A stretch of 64,000 bases of DNA, taken from positions 128,001 to 192,000 of IMG/VR virus record IMGVR_UViG_3300021399_000099; one strand, written 5' to 3'. The position numbers were made by a program, and so were the translations under genes. Under the pieces are notes generated by a model. The model saw nothing but the letters and a program-made list of their open reading frames with translations. It did not search any database and was not told the origin of the DNA. Position 1 is the stretch's first letter. Each line of letters opens with the position of its first letter. The stretch comes from a virus. Its lineage: Duplodnaviria > Caudoviricetes. Positions 34,051 to 43,871 of the stretch are shown one piece after another.

Positions 34051-34434
34051 ATGTAAAAAAATTAAAGTTTAAAATTATATTATGGCATATGCAATAATCG
34101 TGCCAAACTTACTCACCCAGCCAATTTTTTAGGTCAGTAATGTCGTCTATACAGTCAAGTCTATCGTTAGTGTATGCCCAGATAAGCCTGATGGTATTTT
34201 TATCTTCATCAGCTGTATAATCTATAATGGATAATGGTTCCTGTTTAAACCTCATTATATGTACCAATGGGGTTTTCGCCCGCTTTTCACACAAGCCAAC
34301 CAGGAAACCGAATTCTTCCAAAAGTATTTCGACTTCTTCTCTACACATAACGTAATCCTTTTTACATAATATAATACAAAAACTGTGCCAAAAAACAAAA
34401 ATGACAGCAAAAAGTGAAAAATTTGCTGTCATTT

Positions 34435-34507
34435 GTGCCAGATACAGGATTCGAACCCGCATATCAACGTTTTAGGGACGCCCGCTTTACCAATCAGCTA
34501 ATCTGGC
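34435..34507 (-). tRNA. putative amber suppressor tRNA (anticodon CUA)
   Basis: full cloverleaf; anticodon arm GGCGT-CCCTAAA-ACGTT; C33 also seen in this phage's Gly(UCC) and Arg(CCU) tRNAs. Confidence 0.7.
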
Positions 34508-34541
34508 AGTTAAAAAGGGAGGAACCATGTCCTCCCAAGTA

Positions 34542-34829
34542 TTATTCAACCGGTCTTAATGTCTGAAACATCAGCCCCGTATTCTCTTCCAACGCTATCG
34601 CCGTAACCGTTCCGTTCATATCTGGCTCACGGAAAGCGGAATATTTAATCCCTCGTTCTTCTAGCATCTCCATCCACTTGTCTGTGTCGGCATAAAGATA
34701 GATGAGGTAATTGTTATTCCAAGTCTGGTTCGGGTTATCAATCAACCACTGAGCAACAGCGTGACCGGCTTGCACACAACCGTAAATCGGGCTAAGTCTC
34801 TTATTCACCAACACATACAACCTCTTCAT
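34542..34829 (-). CDS. peptidyl-tRNA hydrolase Pth2-like protein
   Basis: LYVLV...VQAGHAVA...F.EPD...TAIA. Confidence 0.7.
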   Translation of the reverse strand: MKRLYVLVNKRLSPIYGCVQAGHAVAQWLIDNPNQTWNNNYLIYLYADTDKWMEMLEERGIKYSAFREPDMNGTVTAIALEENTGLMFQTLRPVE

Positions 34830-35286
34830 AGTTTTCCACGGAGACTGTTCTGTATTCTCCTCCCCACGCGTCTTTTCTTGTTTCATAATTCTTAAACTCA
34901 TAACCGTATTCCTGAAGTATGCAATTGATTTGACTCAGATATTGACAGAGAGGGTGCTTTCCATTCAATTCTTCACATGTTGTATAGCGTTGCCCATGTA
35001 TTCCGTTAGGATAAGCCCAGTATCTGCTTTTGTCATAAATGAGGAGCTTGGCGTTCTTTTCGGTGACGTCAAAACTCTTTCCCCTGAGCAAATTGTAGGC
35101 AGCATACCTGATTCTAAGTCTTTCCTTAATGTCTTTGACTGCATCTACTGCCTTCCAAGCGGGCATTGTCCTCTCACCGGTAAAATACACGGTTTTTCTC
35201 TGAGGTTTGATTGATTTCTGTTCTTTTTCAAGTTCGGCAATATCTTTACGCATAGCCGAGATAGCGTTTTTAAGATTTGTTTCCAT
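34801..35286 (-). CDS. hypothetical protein
   Basis: 161 aa; LR..YAAYNLLRG; start codon lies in a predicted hairpin. Confidence 0.7.
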   Translation of the reverse strand: METNLKNAISAMRKDIAELEKEQKSIKPQRKTVYFTGERTMPAWKAVDAVKDIKERLRIRYAAYNLLRGKSFDVTEKNAKLLIYDKSRYWAYPNGIHGQRYTTCEELNGKHPLCQYLSQINCILQEYGYEFKNYETRKDAWGGEYRTVSVENYEEVVCVGE

Positions 35287-35586
35287 AATATTCGTTGTTT
35301 TTAAAATTATTTAATTAGTTTATTTTGCTTCAGAAACATTAGTTTATTTTGCTAAACTGCTTAAAAACAACGATTTATGGAGGCGCGTTAATTAAAACCT
35401 AGTATGTCATAGCTTTACGCATAGCCGAGATAGCGTTTTTAAGATTTTCTTCCATAATATTTGTTGTTTTTAAAATTATTTAATTAGTTTATTTTGCTTC
35501 AGAAACATTAGTTTATTTTGCTAAACTGCTTAAAAACAACGATTTATGGAGGCGCGTTAATTAAAACCTAGTATGTCATAGCTTTA
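35244..35586 (-). repeat. 169-bp tandem duplication containing amber-interrupted leader uORF
   Basis: two copies offset by 169 nt with two substitutions. Confidence 0.9.
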
Positions 35587-35865
35587 TATATTTTATTCAT
35601 TACTAAAGTACAACTTTTTTGGCAAGAAAACAAGGTTTATTGCCGGAAATGTGTAACTTTTTTATAAAAACCTCAAAATAGATTACTCCACTTTGAGGTG
35701 AAACTATACAAGAAAGTATAGCGGGAAAAATAAAGTAGGTTCGGGCGTCTTCCTTCGCTTTCAGACATTCAGTATAGCCAGCGTTCTGCGACGTCTGTCA
35801 GGGCTTAACTAACCTATTATCATCCTTCCTTTTAACCCACAAGAACAACGTGTGGGCCTACTTTG

Positions 35866-36021
35866 TACCTGTAGTGGGATTCGCACCCACATCTCCCTGT
35901 CCCTATTGGGCGCCACTTCGAGCTTTTTCCACTTGCTGATTCGACCGGCAGCTATATGCATTTCACTGACAATCTTCCAGTAGTTTAGTACTTTACTCAC
36001 CACATTTTAGTCGATACAGGC
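35866..36021 (-). ncRNA. tRNA-like RNA with large central insert
   Basis: acceptor GCCTGTA/TACAGGT and T-arm GTGGG-TGCGAAT-CCCAC. Confidence 0.5.
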
Positions 36022-36061
36022 GATTCGTACGAATGGGTCCCCTATGTGTTCAGGGACTTTG

Positions 36062-36146
36062 AGCCAAAGATAGGAATTGAACCTATGTAACAACGGCGTT
36101 CTAATTAAAGAAGTTGCAGATAACCAACATACTGCGTTACTCTGGC
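36062..36146 (-). pseudogene. degenerate tRNA-like RNA
   Basis: acceptor and T-arm intact; D and anticodon arms non-standard. Confidence 0.5.
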
Positions 36147-36257
36147 ATATTACAAACACCATTATAGGACGGATTGCGACATTTTCACGGCTTGTCACAC
36201 TTCGGTGCGCAGGTAAGTACCGTCCCCACCAACCTCAATAATGGTGTTAAAATATTG

Positions 36258-36329
36258 AGCCTCCTATCCGAATCGAACGGATATCTCGAGATTACAAATC
36301 ACGTATAATAACCTTTATACTAAGGAGGC
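36258..36329 (-). tRNA. tRNA-Thr(UGU)
   Basis: cloverleaf, loop TTTGTAA. Confidence 0.85.
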
Positions 36330-37084
36330 GTAAAGCCAAGATTTATAAGGAAAACCCTGGCAAAAAACCTTGACGGATGCTTCATGCGGTGGTCCCGTCC
36401 TTCCACCCTTATGCCACGGGAAATTCACAATACATTAAGCATGTGATATACATAAAGCACTCTTTTAACATCCCGAAGGACAACAGACTATTTTGGTGAC
36501 GACGCATACCAGCCGTCTGCAATGGCCCACCACGCATGGGTTCGTACTCTTGTCCGGCTAACCCATGAGCCGTCATAATCCGTACACCTGGAATGGACTA
36601 TGCTCATACCACTTTTGTCTGTGGGTCATATATGGCCTCGTCGGCCAAGACACCCACAAACCTCACCAGGGAGCATATCTCTTAAAAAACAATTGTATCC
36701 CGGTGCCCTTATTGCCGCCTTACCCCCCGGATGGCTGGAACTTTTGAACCTTCACGGCACCACTAAACAGCCGTCTTTGGCATACCTGCTCAATTGTCAT
36801 ACTGCCACATTCGTGGGCTTACGTCTATCTGGGGTACATCGTAAAATTGAAACCTGGCCAGTAACCATCTTGTCGGTCTTTTAGGGGTCTTGCCGACTTT
36901 CCCAGCCACTAAACTTGACTAATGTTTAGGCCACCTTTGATGCAAGTCAATAAGCACAAGACGGTATTTCAATTTACGAACGAGCCAGGGAGGATAACTT
37001 TCATTTGCAACCCGACTCTTAACCCGCCAACCGTTTTACTACAATTGTTACATAAATATACTTACTTTTCCTAAGAAAAACAAG

Positions 37085-37429
37085 TTACTCCTTCTTTTTA
37101 ACTCCACCTCTAATGATTGCTTCCCAAGCATCGAATATGGACTTGATGGCATCCCAATCATAGAAGCCATTTGCAGCACCACCAGCAAGAAGACCTGCAA
37201 CACCGCCAGCAACGTACTCAGCCCAAACATAAGGGAGTCCAAAAGAAAGACCGCCAGTAAGGACGAAACCGAGGGCGATTAAAACCGCAACAACCCAAGA
37301 AATAAGGTGTCTTACCCAAGCCTTGTTAATCTTAAAAAGACCATTAATTGTTGAAGTAAGTGCCTGTGTGCCAACGATAATGGAAGGTACAGCAATAAGG
37401 AGCTGGCTAATTAAAGTTGTAATAACCAT
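37085..37429 (-). CDS. holin-like membrane protein
   Basis: 3 TM segments, AANGFYD, basic C-terminus. Confidence 0.6.
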   Translation of the reverse strand: MVITTLISQLLIAVPSIIVGTQALTSTINGLFKINKAWVRHLISWVVAVLIALGFVLTGGLSFGLPYVWAEYVAGGVAGLLAGGAANGFYDWDAIKSIFDAWEAIIRGGVKKKE

Positions 37430-37513
37430 AATAGTTTTTTTTATAGAATTATTTTTAATAGACTTACCAATCTGGCGTCTATTATAAATATCTCCTATTA
37501 TCCCTTTTAACAG

Positions 37514-38248
37514 TTAATAAAGCCACTTATTTTCGAGAGCATAGAACCAGGCAATCAAGCCGGCGGTGATAAGAAACCACACAATCCAAAAGGCAACCGT
37601 TCCTGCATTAAGATTCCTCTCGCTCTCTTTTATATATTGTTCGGCTGTTGTTCCGTTTATAAAATGAGAATTTGGGTACTTCTTTTCCGTTGCTGTACCA
37701 ACCATGAGGCCGTCATAGGAGACCGGAGCCGTATAATAAACATATCTGGTATCGTTTTCAAAAAATCCGGTCTTAACCTTTATGATGGTGTCTTTTTTGA
37801 CCCCGATTTTATATATCTCCGGCAACGTAAAAACCTTTCCGAGAAATCTTGCCTTGTTTGATTGGTAGGTCCATCGCTTCATTTCATCCCAAGAATAATA
37901 GGTCCTGGTACGAACGGTTGTACGCCCCTTGCTATCCGTGGTGGTATAAGTTTCGGTATGAAGTCTGTGTTCCTCCTTTACCTTTATCACTTTTGCATAA
38001 ACTCCGGGCAGCTCCCCCAATCTCACCGTGTCAATTATGGTCAATGTACCATTTGCCAGATAGCGCCCAACATTGGTTCGACCTATATAGTCAAACTCGT
38101 CATCCGTATCCACGACAGCACTTGAAGCCACCGCAAGATGACGTTCCGTAGCCTTTGACATTATGGGTGCCGAACTCCAGACACCAATACCAACCATAAT
38201 GGCAAGTATTGTGACACTGGCCAAAATTTCTCTTTTTGTGATTTCCAT
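37514..38248 (-). CDS. membrane protein associated with LemA
   Basis: N- and C-terminal TM helices. Confidence 0.7.
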   Translation of the reverse strand: MEITKREILASVTILAIMVGIGVWSSAPIMSKATERHLAVASSAVVDTDDEFDYIGRTNVGRYLANGTLTIIDTVRLGELPGVYAKVIKVKEEHRLHTETYTTTDSKGRTTVRTRTYYSWDEMKRWTYQSNKARFLGKVFTLPEIYKIGVKKDTIIKVKTGFFENDTRYVYYTAPVSYDGLMVGTATEKKYPNSHFINGTTAEQYIKESERNLNAGTVAFWIVWFLITAGLIAWFYALENKWLY

Positions 38249-38253
38249 TTTAT

Positions 38254-38790
38254 TTAAAAGGATACTTTAGGTGCATCAACAGAAGTGTTTTCAAAAGAAA
38301 GGCGTTCATATTCCTTAACTTCGTAACCGGTAAGGGACAGAATCTGTTTTGACGGAAACTGACGTGTAAATCTATTATATCTGGTCACTTCCGTGTTATA
38401 AGCCTTTCGTACCTCGACAATCTTATTCTCAGTAATGGCAAGCTCATTCATAAGGTCCTGGTAGTTTTTCTGGGACTTAAGGTCTGGATAAGCCTCAGCA
38501 ACAGCCGCAATCATAGTCTTAATCTCTTTAATATCTGCATCTCCACCATTGGAACGTGCTTTAGCCAACTCTACGAGGGTCTTGTATTCATGCTCGTCAT
38601 AGGCCTTAACACACTCCACAAGATTCGGGATAAGGTCAAACCGCCTCTTCTCCTCAGCTCTTACGGCTGATTCTGTATTACCGATAACCTCTTCGTGAGA
38701 AATTGCTCGGTTTTCAACACCTTTGATAATAAAAATGCCGGTAAGGACAACAGCTACAATGGCTGAAATTAAAATCAATGCTTTTTTCAT
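38254..38790 (-). CDS. lemA: LemA family protein
   Basis: KRRFDLIPNLV..VKAY..HE, EAYPDLKS, TENKI...R.AYN. Confidence 0.88.
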   Translation of the reverse strand: MKKALILISAIVAVVLTGIFIIKGVENRAISHEEVIGNTESAVRAEEKRRFDLIPNLVECVKAYDEHEYKTLVELAKARSNGGDADIKEIKTMIAAVAEAYPDLKSQKNYQDLMNELAITENKIVEVRKAYNTEVTRYNRFTRQFPSKQILSLTGYEVKEYERLSFENTSVDAPKVSF

Positions 38791-38883
38791 TTCTTAAAGT
38801 TTTAAATGTTATACTTGTTATATCTAACATACTACAAAAATCGTGCCAAAACAAAAAAACTCCGCCAAAAATGACGGAGTTTG

Positions 38884-39409
38884 TGCCCAAGATGGGAGTC
38901 GAACCCATACGGCCTTTCAGGCCAAGGGATTTTACGTACCACCATAGTTTTCGCTACCAAAACAACTTTGGACATACGGGTTGGATTTTCAAGGCTTTTA
39001 CACCCCCAGGTTGTTTTGTTTGTGGTCTGGACTCTATCTTAACCATATTGAAATCTAGCTAGATACCTACAATGTAACTATGTCGTAACTGTGTTTTCAT
39101 TTTACAGCTTGCTTCCATAATATCAAGCAACTCAGCAATTTCAACTTAGGTTCCTCCTGTATAGTCTCTACACACTGTCTATTATTAATCCAAATGCTTT
39201 CACATGCAATGCAGAAGTATTTTTCCATTTGGATTATTTTAACATTGGCTCGGTATTAGCATATTAGAATTATTTACTCAAGGGATTTTACAATCCTATT
39301 CCAACTTAGCTTTCACCGAATTAGAGAGGTTCTACATCCAAGGTTTCCCCTGGTGCAACCCAAATGCTTTTTGCAGAGTCCCTCGTGTCTACCATTTCAC
39401 CACTCGGGC
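38884..39409 (-). tRNA. tRNA-Leu(UAA) split by group I intron
   Basis: exons 39377-39409 and 38884-38934 join to AGGGA-CTTAAAA-TCCCT. Confidence 0.88.
38935..39376 (-). mobile_element. group I intron (442 nt, no ORF)
   Basis: follows exon U, ends in G; R element TAGAGACTA and S element AAGATAGAGTCC. Confidence 0.85.
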
Positions 39410-39414
39410 ACTTG

Positions 39415-39514
39415 TAGCGGGTTTGGGAGTCGAACCCAATATCCTGAGGTTATGAGCCTTAGATGATAGCGGACTTGCTGTTATGCGAAGCCCTATCCGT
39501 TTCACTCCCCCGCG
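39415..39514 (-). tRNA. tRNA-Met(CAU), initiator-like, with extended D-loop hairpin
   Basis: loop CTCATAA; about 25-nt insert containing ACAGCAAG. Confidence 0.7.
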
Positions 39515-39531
39515 GTGTTATCTTTCTTTTG

Positions 39532-39604
39532 TAGGGCCGACGGAATTCGAATCCGTGTGATAGGAATGAAAATCCTATATCCTGGACCACTAGATGACAG
39601 CCCC
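39532..39604 (-). tRNA. tRNA-Glu(UUC)
   Basis: cloverleaf. Confidence 0.85.
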
Positions 39605-39967
39605 ATATATTAAAAAATGCTTCTACTGCATCGCTGCGACTGAGGAACCCCGGCTTTACGAGGATTGCATTACTATTGGGAATCTCTTCCTTTACATAGT
39701 TTTACCCACCTGTTGGCAAGGCGCTTCTGTTGTGGCTTATGGATTATACCCACAATCTCAAGATACACCGGCAACCCGACACTTTGTGGAACGGTTTCAT
39801 ATTACATTGGCGTACGTACGATAACCAATGCTATTACCCAGTATCACTTGGCAAGGTCCTACTCTAAAATAGGACAGAAGCACTTGGACCCCCGGGACGG
39901 TTACACTCCGCCTTGCTCCCAGTAAAATCCGGGGCTTCATAAACAAAAAGCCTCCGGGGGATGTATC

Positions 39968-40084
39968 AGGAAACAATTCAATGTTTTAATCCGCTAAACT
40001 AACGAGTGAGCCATTCTCGTGCCGGATTCGAACCGACGACTCTTCTTTTAGATAGAAAAATTGAAAAACTGCTGTGCGTTTCCT
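39968..40084 (-). ncRNA. circularly permuted tRNA-like RNA with GGAAAC-N3-CAGCA module
   Basis: order: module, anticodon arm (CTA), T-arm, loop-closed acceptor, D-arm, GTTTCC. Confidence 0.65.
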
Positions 40085-40097
40085 TGTTTTTGGCTCT

Positions 40098-40174
40098 TGG
40101 CGGTGCGTATGGGACTCGAACCCATGACCTTCGGCGTGACAGGCCGACATTCTAGCCAGCTGAACTAACGCACC
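40098..40174 (-). tRNA. tRNA-Asp(GUC)
   Basis: cloverleaf, CCA encoded. Confidence 0.92.
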
Positions 40175-40271
40175 AGCAAAATAAAGAGCATTAACTTCCG
40201 GCCTTTGACTTGCTCGCTAACAGGCATTATCACCGTCCAGGTATCCTGACACCGCAGAGGTTGCTTTCTTG

Positions 40272-40342
40272 AGCGGGTAAGCAGAATCGAACTGCCCTCC
40301 TTAGCTTGGGAAGCTAATGCACTGCCACTGTGCTATACCCGC
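40272..40342 (-). tRNA. tRNA-Gly(CCC)
   Basis: cloverleaf. Confidence 0.88.
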
Positions 40343-40659
40343 GATACGATTTAAGGCTAGCTTCGCGAACCGTTTGTATCTTCACGTCATTTACATTAAC
40401 GAGGGATTCGTGCGTTTCCCGGTATCCCCACCGCCACGGAATGTCACCATCCGGGTTATACTCATTTGTCCCTTCTCATATAGTCCGGGAAACCTATTTA
40501 ATAGGCCGAGTATATTAAGAGCCATATCAGTTGTTGCAACCCTGATATGTTGTTACCGACGTGCGACCACCAATTGTTAACACTGCCTTTTACTTTGAGG
40601 GTTCCCTGATTACACTGAGCTCTTATGTACTTATGCGGGAACTCTTTCGGTATCTCTTG

Positions 40660-40734
40660 TGGGCAGTGAGAGATTCGAACTCCCGAATCATCTGAATGTA
40701 AATCAGAGGTCCTAAACCGCTAGACGAACTGCCC
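40660..40734 (-). tRNA. tRNA-Val(UAC)
   Basis: loop TTTACAT. Confidence 0.8.
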
Positions 40735-40964
40735 TTTTTACACCCATATTTCCTTCATGTCGTCACTGGCATCTGCACGGGTGTATCTTTATTTGTGCAG
40801 TACTAACCCTGTTATCACCCCTTTCGTAGCCCGTGCGCCCTATATTTGGTTAATGACGCCGTTCTCACACGATACTCATAATAACTTTTAACCCCAGACC
40901 ACATTGCACGTTGCCCAAATCCGCAATGGTTCTCCCGGGGTGGGAAAGGAAATCGGACAAGACG

Positions 40965-41050
40965 TGAGTCAGGATGGATTCGAACCAACGACCCTTGCGG
41001 TTACTATGCTAAGCATTTTCCGCTGCTCTCCCACTCTGAGCTACTGACTC
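40965..41050 (-). ncRNA. tRNA-like RNA with 19-nt anticodon loop
   Basis: normal acceptor, D and T arms; loop AAAATGCTTAGCATAGTAA. Confidence 0.65.
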
Positions 41051-41234
41051 AAAAATAGCATAGTAATCATTTCTTCATCAGGTGTTTCCACTCTGATTAA
41101 ACCCTGGTAATTCCAGACCGGTGCTGACACACAGACAGGTGGTTTTATCTCCGGAGACCAATCCTGAAAGGTTCATTGACTTCGGTGCAGCCTTACTATT
41201 TTTACCGGAGTGATATCAAGTTCCGGTGCTATTG

Positions 41235-41306
41235 TAGCGGGAGAGGGATTCGAACCCACGGCCTCCAGGTTATGAGCCTGACGAGCTACCTCTGCTCTAC
41301 CCCGCG
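41235..41306 (-). tRNA. tRNA-Met(CAU), initiator-like
   Basis: C1 mismatch, loop CTCATAA. Confidence 0.85.
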
Positions 41307-41312
41307 ATGTTG

Positions 41313-41386
41313 TTGCGCAGGAAGGACTCGAACCCCCGACCTCCAGCTTATGAGGCTGGCTAGCTACCAACTGCTATCACCGCGCA
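41313..41386 (-). tRNA. tRNA-Met(CAU)
   Basis: loop CTCATAA. Confidence 0.8.
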
Positions 41387-41444
41387 ATGTCTTTCTATTA
41401 TTATACAAAAACTATACCAAACTAACAAATTTTTGTAAAAATTG

Positions 41445-41573
41445 TTGCGAGTGGAGGAATCGGACCCCCTCTAGTCCCTTATGATGGAGTTTCGCTTGTA
41501 AAATTGCTGCCTGGTTTCATGTCTGAAATCGTTTGTTTGCTTTTTTACCGTGCTACCATTACACTAACTCGCA
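41445..41573 (-). ncRNA. tRNA-like RNA (CAU loop) with CAGCAA module inserted in anticodon stem
   Basis: GCGAGT/ACTCGC acceptor; insert TTTCAGACATGAAACCAGGCAGCAA. Confidence 0.6.
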
Positions 41574-41691
41574 ATGTTAGTCCCCCATGTCGCTGGAGGA
41601 CAGCCCACGCCACTTTACCTATAAGCGGTAACTACGAACTCGATAACGGATTAGTCGCCTCCGTCGGATTTCTAATGTACACTCATCCGAG

Positions 41692-41812
41692 AGCCGGTAG
41701 CTGGATTCGAACCAGCGACCCACGGGTTAAAAGCCATTGAGAACGTTGCTGTTGGTTTCCATGCCTGGAAGCACTTCATATACGTTGCTCTACCTGACTG
41801 AGCTATACCGGC
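41692..41812 (-). ncRNA. tRNA-Lys(UUU) with 47-nt CAGCAA-module insert at 29/30
   Basis: removing the insert restores ACGGG-CTTTTAA-CCCGT. Confidence 0.72.
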
Positions 41813-41824
41813 AAAATATTGTTG

Positions 41825-41940
41825 CTGGGGAAAGAGGAATCGGACCTCTGACTACGGCTCCCAAATGCATAACGTATCTGCTGTAAGCTTCCATTACTGG
41901 ACGCGTAAAATACGTTGTGTTGCCACTACACCATTCCCCA
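41825..41940 (-). ncRNA. tRNA-like RNA (UGG loop) with CAGCA-module insert
   Basis: same insertion point after ACG; TCCAGTAATGGAAGCTTACAGCAG. Confidence 0.62.
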
Positions 41941-42013
41941 AAAGTCATGGCCATTCTTCACATCAGTACCATTTCCACTGAACCTAAGGCGTAACTAATT
42001 GAATGACCATCTG

Positions 42014-42083
42014 TTCTGTTACAGGATTCGAACCTATCCCTCCCGCTTTACCAGCGAGCGAGCTGACCAATACACCAAACAGA
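42014..42083 (-). pseudogene. atypical tRNA (loop TGGTAAA)
   Basis: cloverleaf present, anticodon register ambiguous. Confidence 0.5.
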
Positions 42084-42190
42084 TTTTACGAAGTATCGTC
42101 CCTAATTATTACTCACCTGCACGGCTTTCTTGTTCAGTATTTTCCAACGCCACCTACTAACATTGTGCAGATGCTTTCAGAATTTACTTG

Positions 42191-42262
42191 AGCGGGTAAT
42201 CGGAATCGAACCGACATCCCAGGCTTGGAGGGCCTATGCACTAACCGTTGTGCTATACCCGC
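42191..42262 (-). tRNA. tRNA-Gly(UCC)
   Basis: loop CCTCCAA (C33). Confidence 0.85.
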
Positions 42263-42965
42263 ATAATGACCTTTTATGTACAATATCCCCAGAGGTCTAA
42301 CTGTGCCAACCTACGATTTGGGCTGCATATTTGACTTTCGTCAGGGATAACAGCATCTTCGTTCCCGCTGCAGTCGGGCTAAAATACAACCTTGCCAAGT
42401 CGCTTTTTACGGATTAGCAATAACCGTAACCTCGGTCCCCACAATATCGTAAGCGGGCCTGTCCCACACGTCCGACTCCGAAGAATAGCCACTCACATCC
42501 CACCACCTTGTTTCGACAATTATTAAGAAGTGCGAATGACTTATTAAGCCTCCTTCCTTTAATGTCAATCATGTGCCAAAGTCTTGTCCGCTATCACGGA
42601 AGGATACACACCGGTTATTGCATCCTGCTTGTGCTCACTTTTACGGATAAGTGAGAACCGTCTTGGAGCGGGCCCGGTGACCAGCCGGGGGTCATCCCGC
42701 ATATGCTTTCACGGAATTGCATTAACCGTATTACGCTCCTAATGCAATATTTTATAGAAAGACTAGGAAATCTTTCAACCTCCTTTCCGGCGAGGGACTG
42801 CACTTGTACTTGGTGCGGCTGCGTTATATTCCGTAGTGGTCAAGCACTGGGGCTTGCACCCACTTTTTACGGCCTTATTAAACAAACATCTTACAGCGGG
42901 CCCAGTTGGTTTCAGATATCGTTTAATTAACCCTCCCATGGCTTCGAATCCTCCATGGGTGTGCT

Positions 42966-43042
42966 TGGTCGGGATGAAAGGACTCGAACCTTCGACCCCC
43001 TGCTCCCAAAGCAGGTGTTCTAGCCAACTGAACTACATCCCG
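42966..43042 (-). tRNA. tRNA-Pro(UGG)
   Basis: cloverleaf, CCA encoded. Confidence 0.92.
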
Positions 43043-43341
43043 ATAATGCCAGTCTCTGTTTGCTTTCGGTAAAGGCTGGCAAAACTACCTTTTTCCATAG
43101 GAAGCTACTCTAGAACTCACTTCCAGCCAGGACTCCGGCCATTTCAGACTCAGGCGAGCGCGATAGTAGCATCCCGTTTGAGGAACCTCGTCTTTACGAT
43201 GAAAAGTTAAACTACACGGCAATCTCAAGTTATTGCCCCTCTGTCTCCATAACCGCTTTCGCCTCACGCCCATGGACATTCCTACGTGCTGATTGCCTTG
43301 CGAGGACAACCAAACCACCACCTCGTTTAACTTAAAAGTCC

Positions 43342-43474
43342 GGGAAACATTTTAACTTGGCAAGGAGGGGATTCGAACCCCTATTCCTCGTGAGGAACCC
43401 CGGTTTTCCGCGCCGGGTGCGTCTATCCTATTTCGCCACCCCGTCTTAGCTTTTATAGCTGCTGTTAGTTTCCC
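43342..43474 (-). ncRNA. Ser-like tRNA enclosed in GGGAAAC-N3-CAGCA...GTTTCCC module
   Basis: module stem extends the acceptor end; long variable arm. Confidence 0.6.
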
Positions 43475-43501
43475 TTAAATGCCTGTAAATCAATAAATTT
43501 G

Positions 43502-43871
43502 TGGAGCTGACGCGACTCGAACGCGTGTCTTCAGGCATACCAATACGCTTTCTACATGCTTATTTCGGCTTAAAATCCAATAATCAAGAGCCGAGCACAA
43601 CTTGATTATCTTTCTGAATCCAATCTTCCAGACCACTTTGTTTGCAATTACACTCCCATTGGGACGGATAACAAAGAAAACAGTCCCGAGAATGTTCGTC
43701 CCGACCCTGCCTTGGGGCCGATGGATTAAGCTAACTCACCTGGTGAATTAAGCAGCGAAAGAATACGCATAAGCGTCAACTATTTTTTTGAAGTTCTGAT
43801 TAAAGTGGTTTCCTCCAATCCACTGCATGCTTACGGACCGCATATATCTGAATCAAAACCAGAACAGCCCC
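43502..43871 (-). ncRNA. ssrA: tmRNA
   Basis: 5' GGGGCTG..TGGTTTTGA, 3' GTTCGAGTCGCGTCAGCTCCA; tag frame ...DAYAYSFAA-stop. Confidence 0.92.

Noticed and set aside
34400-34432. ATGACAGCAA...TTGCTGTCAT as another CAGCAA module
   Set aside because: It lacks the GGAAAC/GTTTCC stem and is a perfect inverted repeat followed by a T-run, so it is a terminator after the CUA tRNA.
43050-43330. RNase P RNA (TAGGAATGTCCATG resembles GAGGAAAGTCC)
   Set aside because: No matching 3' P4 strand (ACAnAAnnnGGCTTA) was found; left as an unidentified ncRNA.
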